A DNA stretch of 60,972 nucleotides, filler included. It is 4 parts of 4 records of this genome, joined end to end, with 100 filler letters (N's around TTAATTAATTAA, not from the genome) between each part and the next. Parts side by side here need not be neighbours in the genome. Positions count along the whole stretch, not along the records: positions 43,398 to 51,466 come from SRR31156797_7326; positions 51,567 to 60,972 come from SRR31156797_7344; 2 more parts are not named here. One strand, written 5' to 3'. A program made the position numbers and the translations under genes. Shown in pieces: positions 49,320-58,014 of this stretch. Within the stretch, counting starts at the first letter, position 1. Each line of letters starts with the position of its first letter. The notes under the pieces are model-generated. The model did not search any database and was not told the origin of the DNA. It saw only the letters and a program-made list of their open reading frames with translations.

Positions 49320-50906
49320 ATGAGTTCATGGCAATGTCAGCTTTGTACGTACATATACAATGAAGAAGAGGAATCTGTGAATTGGGATGATTTACCTGAT
49401 CATTGGGTTTGTCCTGTTTGCGGTTCCCCCAAAAGCTCATTCGCTTTGGTGAAACCCCAAAAAGCGCCGGTTCCTCCAAAAGAACCCACTAAACTCTTCC
49501 GGTTTGAGTGTGGACTATGTTCTTTTGTGTTTAATGAACAAAGAGAAAAACGGGTCTGGACAGCGCTTCCTGATACCTGGCTCTGCCCTGTCTGCGGTTC
49601 AGGGAAAGAAATTTTTAAACGTATTTCAGAAGTTTCTGAAAAGCGGATCAGATCCAAATCAAACCATGTGGATATTGCATCAAATTATCTTTCTGAGTGG
49701 CAGCGCCCGTCAGACGATCTTGAATCCCACATGACTGACATTCACCAGATGTCGGTTACCGGAAAATCACAATCCGGGCCCATGCGGACCCAGGTTGTGA
49801 CAACTTCATGGGACGATATTCTGTTTAAGGGGGCCCAGCTTTTCAAACTGCCGTTGAATAAAAGCAAGCCGGTTCAAGCAAAGACGATAATCGGACCTTC
49901 GGCAAAATATCCATTAGTGCTTGAAACGCCCCTTATCGTTTCCCATATGTCTTTTGGGGCGCTGTCCAAAGAGGCAAAAATAGCATTGGCAAAAGGCAGC
50001 GCAGCGGTAAAAACAGCCATGAGCTCAGGGGAGGGTGGTATTCTTCCGGAGTCTCTTGACAATGCTTATAAATACATTTTTGAATACGTTCCCAATAAAT
50101 ACAGTGCAACAGATAAAAATTTCAGCCTGGTGGATGCTGTTGAGATAAAGATCGGTCAATCTGCCAAACCCGGTATGGGTGGACATTTGCCAGGCCATAA
50201 AGTGACCCGTGAAATCGCACGTATCCGGGGGGTGAGGGAAGGAAAAGATATTACCAGTCCGTCAAGTTTCCCTGATATCCGGAATCCAGAGGACCTGAGA
50301 CAGACCGTTGATTCATTAAGGAAAAAAACCAATGGTAAACCCATTGGCATTAAGTTTGCCGCCGCCCACCTTGAAGAAGATATTAAAATTGCCGTATCAG
50401 CAGGGGTTGATTTTATAACCATTGACGGCCGTGCCGGTGGAACCGGATCCGCTCCTAAAGTCGTAAAAAATTCCGCCTCGATCCCGACAATTTTTGCCCT
50501 TGCCCGGGCCAGAAAAATTCTGGATGAGATTAAGGCTGACACTGTTTCTTTGATCATCACCGGAGGGTTTCGGGTATCTTCGGACTTTGCCAAGGCCCTT
50601 GCCATGGGCGCTGATGCTATTGCACTGGGTACCGCAATGATGATGGCATTGGGATGCCAGCAATACCGACTCTGCGATACTGGAAAATGCCCGGTGGGCA
50701 TTGCAACCCAGGATCCACAACTCCGTGCAAGACTTGATGTGGATCAGTCGGCAGCACGGGTCGCCAATTTTTTTAGAGTCAGTACAGAAGAGATTAAGGA
50801 TTTTGCAAGATTGACTGGAAACGATGATGTCCACTTGTTAAATGAAACTGACCTTTGTACCACAAATACCGAAATATCAGGCCATACCAACATACAACAC
50901 GTTTGA
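49320..50906 (+). CDS. Glutamate synthase FMN-domain protein with two N-terminal rubredoxin domains
   Basis: Two CxxC...LPDxWxCPVCG units; MSFGALS, SGEGG, EIKIGQSAKPGMGG, DGRAGGTG, CQQYRLCDTGKCPVG. Confidence 0.9.
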   Translation: MSSWQCQLCTYIYNEEEESVNWDDLPDHWVCPVCGSPKSSFALVKPQKAPVPPKEPTKLFRFECGLCSFVFNEQREKRVWTALPDTWLCPVCGSGKEIFKRISEVSEKRIRSKSNHVDIASNYLSEWQRPSDDLESHMTDIHQMSVTGKSQSGPMRTQVVTTSWDDILFKGAQLFKLPLNKSKPVQAKTIIGPSAKYPLVLETPLIVSHMSFGALSKEAKIALAKGSAAVKTAMSSGEGGILPESLDNAYKYIFEYVPNKYSATDKNFSLVDAVEIKIGQSAKPGMGGHLPGHKVTREIARIRGVREGKDITSPSSFPDIRNPEDLRQTVDSLRKKTNGKPIGIKFAAAHLEEDIKIAVSAGVDFITIDGRAGGTGSAPKVVKNSASIPTIFALARARKILDEIKADTVSLIITGGFRVSSDFAKALAMGADAIALGTAMMMALGCQQYRLCDTGKCPVGIATQDPQLRARLDVDQSAARVANFFRVSTEEIKDFARLTGNDDVHLLNETDLCTTNTEISGHTNIQHV

Positions 50907-50922
50907 AAAAGGAGAAAAGATT

Positions 50923-51423
50923 ATGGGTTCCATGGAAAATTTAGCAACAGCATTTGCAGGAGAAAGCCAGGCAAACAGAAAATACCTGGCATTTGCCAAA
51001 AAAGCCGATGAAGACGGGTTTCCCCAGGTTGCAAGGCTCTTCAGGGCAGCGGCTGAAGCAGAAACCATCCATGCCCATGCCCATTTAAGGGTCATGGGAG
51101 GGATTAAAACCACCATTGAAAATCTGGAAGAAGGAATTGCAGGAGAGGCTCACGAGTTTCAAGATATGTATCCCGAATTCCTGGCAACTGCCCAGGAGGA
51201 AGGCAATAAGCCTGCTGAATTTACCTTTAAAAATGCCCTTGCAGTGGAAGAGGTTCATCACAGCCTTTACGAAAAGGCCCTTGAGGTTGTAAAAGGCGGT
51301 GGGGACCTGCCGGAGGGTAAAATTTATGTCTGCTCGGTATGCGGCAATACAGTGGAAAATGATGTGCCCGCCATCTGCGCAGTATGCAATGTGGTAGGGG
51401 AAAAATTCTACGAAGTTCCATAA
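50923..51423 (+). CDS. rbr: Rubrerythrin
   Basis: AFAGESQANRKY, EAETIHA, EFQDMYP, VEEVH, C-terminal CSVCG...CAVC; SD AGGAG. Confidence 0.93.
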   Translation: MGSMENLATAFAGESQANRKYLAFAKKADEDGFPQVARLFRAAAEAETIHAHAHLRVMGGIKTTIENLEEGIAGEAHEFQDMYPEFLATAQEEGNKPAEFTFKNALAVEEVHHSLYEKALEVVKGGGDLPEGKIYVCSVCGNTVENDVPAICAVCNVVGEKFYEVP

Positions 51424-51466
51424 TGGCAATATAAAATAAGGGCCATGGAAATTTTAAAATCTACCA

Positions 51467-51566
51467 NNNNNNNNNNNNNNNNNNNNNNNNNNNNNNNNNN
51501 NNNNNNNNNNTTAATTAATTAANNNNNNNNNNNNNNNNNNNNNNNNNNNNNNNNNNNNNNNNNNNN
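51467..51566. other. Artificial contig linker
   Basis: N44-TTAATTAATTAA-N44. Confidence 0.98.
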
Positions 51567-51595
51567 TTTCAATCCCTCTAAGGTCTGATTTTAAC
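51567..51595 (-). CRISPR. Leader-proximal CRISPR repeat; rest of array lost at contig edge
   Basis: Minus strand GTTAAAATCAGACCTTAGAGGGATTGAAA with the ATTGAAA 3' handle, about 200 nt downstream of cas2; single copy only. Confidence 0.8.
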
Positions 51596-51797
51596 CAAGC
51601 CAATTTTGGCTTACTTTAGGGTATTTTTGCTTGCAATTATTGAAGCAGCAAAATGAATAAAAAATTAGCTTGGCACTGATTTGTTAATCAAAAAGAAGAA
51701 TTTAATACTATTTTAAATCGACTCTTTAACGGAAATAAAAATTAAGGATTTCGTGGAACGTTGATTAGGTTGAAGGTATATAATGATCCACGAAAAA
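51596..51797 (-). promoter_or_regulatory. CRISPR leader
   Basis: AT-rich non-coding stretch between cas2 and the repeat; palindrome AAGCCA-N4-TGGCTT next to the repeat. Confidence 0.7.
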
Positions 51798-52061
51798 TCA
51801 GATAATTGAATCGATTTCAGCTTTTCTGGTGCCTAATTCTTCAATGCCAAGGTATTTTTTATCCCTTACATGATAAATAAATATGCAATCAAGATCATCA
51901 TCTATCAGTTCCTTCAATCTTGAGCGCACTTTCATAAATTCAGCTTTAGTGAGCTCTCCTTCAAAAACGCTATTCTGAACCCAGTTAAGATATTGCTTCA
52001 GGAAAATACGTATTTTGTTTAACCTGTCTATTCCTGCATCATAAACTATGATCACATACAT
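51798..52061 (-). CDS. cas2: CRISPR-associated endonuclease Cas2
   Basis: MYVIIVYD...YLNWVQNSVFEGEL. Confidence 0.96.
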   Translation of the reverse strand: MYVIIVYDAGIDRLNKIRIFLKQYLNWVQNSVFEGELTKAEFMKVRSRLKELIDDDLDCIFIYHVRDKKYLGIEELGTRKAEIDSII

Positions 52062-52062
52062 T

Positions 52063-53064
52063 TTACCACCACATTACCAGAGGCTTGTATTCTTCGTCAC
52101 CAAGTACATGTTTTGACAATTTGTAAAGCTCCAGCCTGATGAGCCGCTTATATGAAACATTGCGCTTCAGACCCTTATGTTTAATAGTCGTAGCTAGTTT
52201 GTCATTGTACTCCTGCAAAAATATCTTTTTTCCTTTTTCACTCAGGAGCATATCTCCTATTTCACCCCTGAAGCAGTTGTCATCAAGCATATTTTTGTTT
52301 ACTAGCTTCAGAATTATCCTGTCAATAATTATGGGTTTGAAGATCTCACTGACATCAAGAGCAAGAGAAAAACGACGTTCAAAAGGCTCGTGCAGGTAAG
52401 AAATAGTCGGGTTTAGCTGGGTGTTGTAAATTTCGGAAAGCACGGTAGTGTACATCAGGGAATTACCAAAGCTAATAAGTGTGTTCATTTTATTTTCCGG
52501 CGGGCGACGTGTCCGTGTAACAATCCTGTATTCTTCGGGGAATATATCATCAAGAGCACTGTAGTAGATATTACGTATCCGTCCTTCCACATTCATCATT
52601 TGAGGAATGGAAGAAGTTTCAGGAAGACGGAGTATTTCTGATTCAATTGAAGCTATATACTCATTCATGCTTTCCTGAATGCCATCTTTGTTTCTCGAAT
52701 AATACCCCAGGTTTTTGAGAATATTGCCACAGGCACCTTCTATGAATTTGCCTGCAAGCTCCAGGCGTTTTTCATTCTCAAGATAATAGGATGCCTGATT
52801 TATCACAAGATCGCCACTTATCAAAGTCTCCCGCGGATACATGCTGCCTTCATAGAAACCGTAGTAGTTGAAGAAGTGGATCGGAATCCCGTTCTTTGAT
52901 AGATAGGACACAACGCCAGATGAGAATGACAGTTTTCCGTATGCATAAATAGAATAAATTTTGTTTACTGGCAAAGCACGCTTTTCTTCCTTGTTTTCAA
53001 AGTATACTGTATTTTCCTTCCGCTTTAGTATCCCATCCTGAAGGATATAATAATCTGTTCTCAT
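52063..53064 (-). CDS. cas1: CRISPR-associated endonuclease Cas1 (type I-B)
   Basis: [21 protein letters not shown], RRPPENxMNx[24 protein letters not shown]; start set at MRTDYY. Confidence 0.97.
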   Translation of the reverse strand: MRTDYYILQDGILKRKENTVYFENKEEKRALPVNKIYSIYAYGKLSFSSGVVSYLSKNGIPIHFFNYYGFYEGSMYPRETLISGDLVINQASYYLENEKRLELAGKFIEGACGNILKNLGYYSRNKDGIQESMNEYIASIESEILRLPETSSIPQMMNVEGRIRNIYYSALDDIFPEEYRIVTRTRRPPENKMNTLISFGNSLMYTTVLSEIYNTQLNPTISYLHEPFERRFSLALDVSEIFKPIIIDRIILKLVNKNMLDDNCFRGEIGDMLLSEKGKKIFLQEYNDKLATTIKHKGLKRNVSYKRLIRLELYKLSKHVLGDEEYKPLVMWW

Positions 53065-53117
53065 TGTATTCCCTCTCCTCAATCATCTTTTGTAACAAAC
53101 ATCAAAATAGAACAATG

Positions 53118-53693
53118 TCAATCTTCACTTCCTTCTCCACAGAAGCAGAACTCAAAATATGCACATTTCGGACAGATACGCATACGTTTTGGATGTGGCA
53201 TTCTGCCTGTGACTATTTTTTCAATTCCTTTTATGTCATCCTCAATGTTCTTTTCCTCATCAGGTGTAAGTTCCACTTCCTTTGTCTGGTTCAATAAAGG
53301 ATAGTTCATGATACCCCTGGCCTCAACTCCTCTTTTTTTGAGGTAGTAGAGATAGTAAAGCATCTGACGCAGGTGAGCCTCTTCCATCTTCTTTGTCTTC
53401 TTAACCTCATGCAGCTCCATGACCCCATTGTGCCGCTTCACAAAATCGATGCTGATGGTATTATCAATCGTAACATCCTTTTTGTTCTTACTGTAGCGCT
53501 CTTCATGCAGCTGTTTGCCTATATTGACATTCTCATGCTCATGTTCAAGAGCTATGTTGTGGGAAAATAGCCATAGCTTGGTGTGGCAGATGTGATAGTA
53601 GTTGATCCTGACACCGGTGATTTTCATGTGAGGGGTGAGAGGATGACTGTCAGAAGATGATTTTGAGTTTTGCTCGTCGTTTGAATCTGTCAT
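53118..53693 (-). CDS. cas4: CRISPR-associated exonuclease Cas4
   Basis: YYHICHTKLW, IDF, EVKK, QMLYYL, CPKCAYFEFC. Confidence 0.95.
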   Translation of the reverse strand: MTDSNDEQNSKSSSDSHPLTPHMKITGVRINYYHICHTKLWLFSHNIALEHEHENVNIGKQLHEERYSKNKKDVTIDNTISIDFVKRHNGVMELHEVKKTKKMEEAHLRQMLYYLYYLKKRGVEARGIMNYPLLNQTKEVELTPDEEKNIEDDIKGIEKIVTGRMPHPKRMRICPKCAYFEFCFCGEGSED

Positions 53694-53745
53694 TTTACCA
53701 CTAGCACTATTTACTGATTTTCAGAAATACAATCAGAACAATTAA

Positions 53746-56376
53746 CTAGATAATTACTCCACATGGCGGGGTTTTCATTGATTTTTTAATTTCAAGTACA
53801 TTTAATCCATCATCAAAAGAATAAAATTCTGAAAATTTTGGAGTGGATATAATGATGTCAAAGTTATCATCCATCTCAATAAAACCTTCTTTTTCCAAGT
53901 AGTCACGTAAACTTGTATGACCGTTTTCAATATTATTTATTGAAATTATAAATTGATTCAGAAGGCTTGTGATTTTTCGAATAACATAGATATTTTCAAA
54001 CTTATTTGTGGTTGTAACTATGTCTTTCCATACTAAGTATATATTTTTAGTAATAATCATATCATCAAAGATGATACTTTGATTTACTGTAAATTTTTGG
54101 ATGTCAGGATCAGATATTACAGATTTTATTTTATCGATGTCATATTTAGATAAGTCATCAAGTGAAATAGAGTCACAAATAAATATATCGATTTTTTCAA
54201 GTTTAGTATCGATGACATCTAATTCATCACTTATAGACTTATAGTGAAGTTCAGCTATTTTTCTATTAACTTCAGGAAAACTATCACTTGCTATTTTTTT
54301 TACCTCATTAGAAAGAGCAGAATAATAAGTGTCAAACTGTTTTAATGATATAATTTCTTCTTCATTTAATGATGTGTCATCTTGCAAGATTGTGTATCTC
54401 TTTTGTTTTCCATATATTCTTTTTGAATCTATCATGCTCTTTTCTTTATATTTGATGATAAAAAGTTTGGATAATTTTGACTTGTTTATGCTACATTCTC
54501 TGTTAATTCTACCTGATACCTGTTCTATACTATCCAAAATAGAATAATCCCTGATTCCAAAGTCACAGTCAATATCAACACCAGCTTCAATTGATTGAGT
54601 AGACACAATTATAATTCTCTCATCATTATCTGGATCTTTAATTTCTTCAATCATCTTTTTTCGCCGAAGATTTGAAGTCGTGCTGTTTAAAAGATAAAAT
54701 AAAAAATCATCAAAATATTCATCAGATTTTAGTTCTTTATGTACTTTTGTTGAAGTTGCAACTAAATTTAGAGTAATAAGTATTTTTACAGGCCCTGAAG
54801 AATAATTGTTCTCAATTTCTTCAATTAATAGATCTTTGATTCCATCAATATCATTGATGTCTTTTCTAAAAATTACTGCATTTCTATTAAACACAGGATG
54901 AGTATAGTATTTCTGTGCATTATCGACAAGTTGCACAGCATTTGAATCGTCTATAAAATAATTAATATCAGGAAGAGTTGCGCTCATTATAATGTAATAA
55001 ATATTCAATGATCTGCTTGTTTCTTTTATGAAATTGTAAAAAGTACGGATATTCTTATCACTTAAAGTTTGAATCTCATCAATAATTACAATACTATTAC
55101 ACAAACTTGCTATTTTATAGCGATTATTACCATGCGTTTTTATAAAACAATTGAAAAAATTAACGTTTGTAATTACATTAACACAGTTATTCAGGAAATT
55201 GTCGTCCTGAATAACTTTCATTTTCTTAAAATATGATACATTAGTATCTTCATTTTCGTTAAACTTATCAATATAAGATCTGGAATAAATATCAGAAACT
55301 ATTCCTACCCTATCTGAAAAAAGCGATTCATGAAACAAGGATTTCTCTATCACTTTATAGTTTTGTTCAATTATATTTATAAACGGAAATACATAAAAAA
55401 TTCGTTTAATAGTTTCATCGTGCTCAAGTATTTTTAAAGCCAGATTCATTGAAATATTTGTTTTACCACCACCGGTAGGAACTGTCATCATGAAAATCTT
55501 ATGATCTTGCTGCAACAAACGTTTCATATTAGCACTGCATTCAACAAGCATTTCTTTTCGTATTTCATTAATGTCAGTACATGACTCAAGGTGAATAGAA
55601 CTTACAGTATCAATATTTCGATTGTATGGAATCATTGAATATGACTTTTTCATTTTTTCATGAATCTCACAATCTATTACATTTAATTTATACATAGAAT
55701 CCAATGACTGAGCATAATGCAAAGTAGAATATGAATCACTAAGAACAAGAAGAGAATAAGACAGCTTTACAAAAAGAAACATTTTCTGCCAATCGTATTC
55801 TTCCCAGAAAAAATCACCTTTTGATTGCTCAGAAATTACAATTTCATTTAGTCCTGTTTCTTGAATTATTTGATCTATAATCTTCCTTTCATCTGAGCTT
55901 TCATCATAGTTCTTTGCAGAGAAATCACCAAGTCTTGTATGATGTTTTGAAACAATATTAGCAGCTAAATAAATTGGTCCTTCTAAGCTAGGATATTTGA
56001 CTAAGAGATAGGAACTTAATATACTGTCTGAAAAAAAACTATGTTTGCTGTTAGCTGACTTTTTCTTATTTTGTACTTTAATCTCTTGAAAATAAGGATT
56101 TAGTTTTCCAATATCGTGATAGTAAACCATATAGAGCAAAATTTGTTTTACTGGTGCTCTATTATTTTCACCGAATAATTCATTTATAAATTGATTAAAA
56201 ATTGGCTCAAGCCCTAATTTATCAACTAAATAAAGAAAATATTCGGCACATAACTGGGAATGGTTTTCTAATAATTCAAAATCATTTCCTTTTCTATGTG
56301 CAGAAAAATAAGTATTGAACGGAAATAGTCTTTTATCAATTGTATCAAAAAGTACTTTAAAAGTATCAGAACACAT
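53746..56376 (-). CDS. cas3: CRISPR-associated HD nuclease/helicase Cas3
   Basis: LENHS, YHDIGK, PTGGGKT, IIDEIQ, MSAT, STQSIEAGVDID, QVSGRINR; start uncertain (56376 or 56400). Confidence 0.95.
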   Translation of the reverse strand: MCSDTFKVLFDTIDKRLFPFNTYFSAHRKGNDFELLENHSQLCAEYFLYLVDKLGLEPIFNQFINELFGENNRAPVKQILLYMVYYHDIGKLNPYFQEIKVQNKKKSANSKHSFFSDSILSSYLLVKYPSLEGPIYLAANIVSKHHTRLGDFSAKNYDESSDERKIIDQIIQETGLNEIVISEQSKGDFFWEEYDWQKMFLFVKLSYSLLVLSDSYSTLHYAQSLDSMYKLNVIDCEIHEKMKKSYSMIPYNRNIDTVSSIHLESCTDINEIRKEMLVECSANMKRLLQQDHKIFMMTVPTGGGKTNISMNLALKILEHDETIKRIFYVFPFINIIEQNYKVIEKSLFHESLFSDRVGIVSDIYSRSYIDKFNENEDTNVSYFKKMKVIQDDNFLNNCVNVITNVNFFNCFIKTHGNNRYKIASLCNSIVIIDEIQTLSDKNIRTFYNFIKETSRSLNIYYIIMSATLPDINYFIDDSNAVQLVDNAQKYYTHPVFNRNAVIFRKDINDIDGIKDLLIEEIENNYSSGPVKILITLNLVATSTKVHKELKSDEYFDDFLFYLLNSTTSNLRRKKMIEEIKDPDNDERIIIVSTQSIEAGVDIDCDFGIRDYSILDSIEQVSGRINRECSINKSKLSKLFIIKYKEKSMIDSKRIYGKQKRYTILQDDTSLNEEEIISLKQFDTYYSALSNEVKKIASDSFPEVNRKIAELHYKSISDELDVIDTKLEKIDIFICDSISLDDLSKYDIDKIKSVISDPDIQKFTVNQSIIFDDMIITKNIYLVWKDIVTTTNKFENIYVIRKITSLLNQFIISINNIENGHTSLRDYLEKEGFIEMDDNFDIIISTPKFSEFYSFDDGLNVLEIKKSMKTPPCGVII

Positions 56377-57130
56377 AATATGCACTACCTTCTGATACAA
56401 TACAATTATCTGGATTTTTTAGTTCAATCTTAGTTTCGCATTGAGGAATTGCCATTAAACAATACACATACTTAAACATTTCATCAAAATCTACAGGAAG
56501 AAGTTCCAATTTTAAATTTAGAGTTGTTTCTTTTGATAATTCATCAAAAGGAAGTATACTAGAACATCTTATTTCTTTTTCAGAGTTTATTTCGTAGTTA
56601 TTTAGTGAAATGTATTCAATATTAGCAAAGAATTCATTTTTACCTAAATAGATTGGAAATTCACTCTTATTTTGAACTACATTCTCAATAATAAGAGTAT
56701 GAAGAGGATTATTTTCATCTAATAGTAATCCAATTTCATAATCAGGATCCTGAATAATTTGCTCATTAATCATTACATTCGGAGAGCCTGAATCTACTCT
56801 GTTGTTTAGAAAACTGTTAAGACTGTTGTATGTAACTACAAATTTCTTATTAGCTAGTCCATTAAGTTTGATAAATACTTTTAAAGTATGTAATTTTGAA
56901 TAAAACTCAGGATATGTACTAGAATTTTTGTATCCGCTAAGACCTATCAGCGAACCAATAATCCCTAACAATTGTGGTTTTGGAATAATGGAATATGTAT
57001 TCCTAAAGCGATTGCTAATTGGTTGATTGAAATGAGCAAATGTCCCATGCAGTCTAAAGGTAAGTAGTTTATTTGACTGCTCAGAATCTTTGGCATTTGC
57101 TGATGAAAAAGATTCAAGTGTTGTATCCAA
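56366..57130 (-). CDS. cas5: CRISPR-associated protein Cas5 (type I-B)
   Basis: FRLHGTFAHF, TYSIIPKPQLLGIIGSLIG, IYLGKNEF; TTG start at 57130 chosen for its GGTGA SD (alternative 57163). Confidence 0.88.
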   Translation of the reverse strand: MDTTLESFSSANAKDSEQSNKLLTFRLHGTFAHFNQPISNRFRNTYSIIPKPQLLGIIGSLIGLSGYKNSSTYPEFYSKLHTLKVFIKLNGLANKKFVVTYNSLNSFLNNRVDSGSPNVMINEQIIQDPDYEIGLLLDENNPLHTLIIENVVQNKSEFPIYLGKNEFFANIEYISLNNYEINSEKEIRCSSILPFDELSKETTLNLKLELLPVDFDEMFKYVYCLMAIPQCETKIELKNPDNCIVSEGSAYYVF

Positions 57131-57159
57131 TAGTATCACCTGGATATCTTGAAGATGAA

Positions 57160-58014
57160 TCAATCAGAAAGACCAATATTCTCAACTTTATTGCTGTATT
57201 GCTCAAGTGAGTCTTTATTAATTCCATCTATGATTATCCCATATACCTTTGAATAGTCCACAATAACATTTCCATCTGATTCATACACATTGACTTGTGA
57301 ATTTAGGTTATTGAAAATGTGGTTATTTTTATTTTCAAACCAAACCATGCTCACTGTTTCACAGCCAAACATAGTCGTAGAAGTAACACTTCCAACCGAA
57401 TACTTCAAAGCACTTTTTAGCTTTTCAATGTCTTCATCAGAAATGGAAATTCCTTGCTTTTGAGCAGAGTTCATATTAAGGCAAATATCGTACACATAAT
57501 ACACATCATCTGCCCTGGATTCAGATCCTATGGTTGTCTGTTGACTCTCTTTACTCTTATCATTTGGATTTCTATATGGGGAAAGTATATCAGATGAGTA
57601 AATACTTGAATTTTCGAAACGATTTACGCCATAGTTTATTTGGCATGGTCCAGTGATAGAAATGTTGCTATCAACCGCAAAAACAACACCAAAAAGGCGA
57701 ACATCAATAAATGATTTTAAGTCATCTATTATCTCAATTTCATTTTTCGGAATGGAAGTCTTACTGCTTTTTTGCAGGTAATTTTCTTTAAGAGTAAGAT
57801 ATCTTTGAACAGTTCCATCTTTTGCTTCATGTTCTTGTTTCGTTCTCTGAACAAAAACAGCTTCACCATCAGATAAGTACTCCCTTATGCAATATTTTAA
57901 TGCTTTATCCGTAGCAAATATTCTTCCATTAGGTAGTCTTCTTGGCAAGCCATCAAAACCTGCATTAAAACTTGCATTTTTTGCGTTTATAACTACTAAC
58001 CCATTATAATTCAT
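57160..58014 (-). CDS. cas7: CRISPR-associated protein Cas7 (Csh2, type I-B)
   Basis: FNAGFDGLPR, ATDKALKYCIR, DVRLFG, SITGPCQ, QTTIG. Confidence 0.92.
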   Translation of the reverse strand: MNYNGLVVINAKNASFNAGFDGLPRRLPNGRIFATDKALKYCIREYLSDGEAVFVQRTKQEHEAKDGTVQRYLTLKENYLQKSSKTSIPKNEIEIIDDLKSFIDVRLFGVVFAVDSNISITGPCQINYGVNRFENSSIYSSDILSPYRNPNDKSKESQQTTIGSESRADDVYYVYDICLNMNSAQKQGISISDEDIEKLKSALKYSVGSVTSTTMFGCETVSMVWFENKNNHIFNNLNSQVNVYESDGNVIVDYSKVYGIIIDGINKDSLEQYSNKVENIGLSD

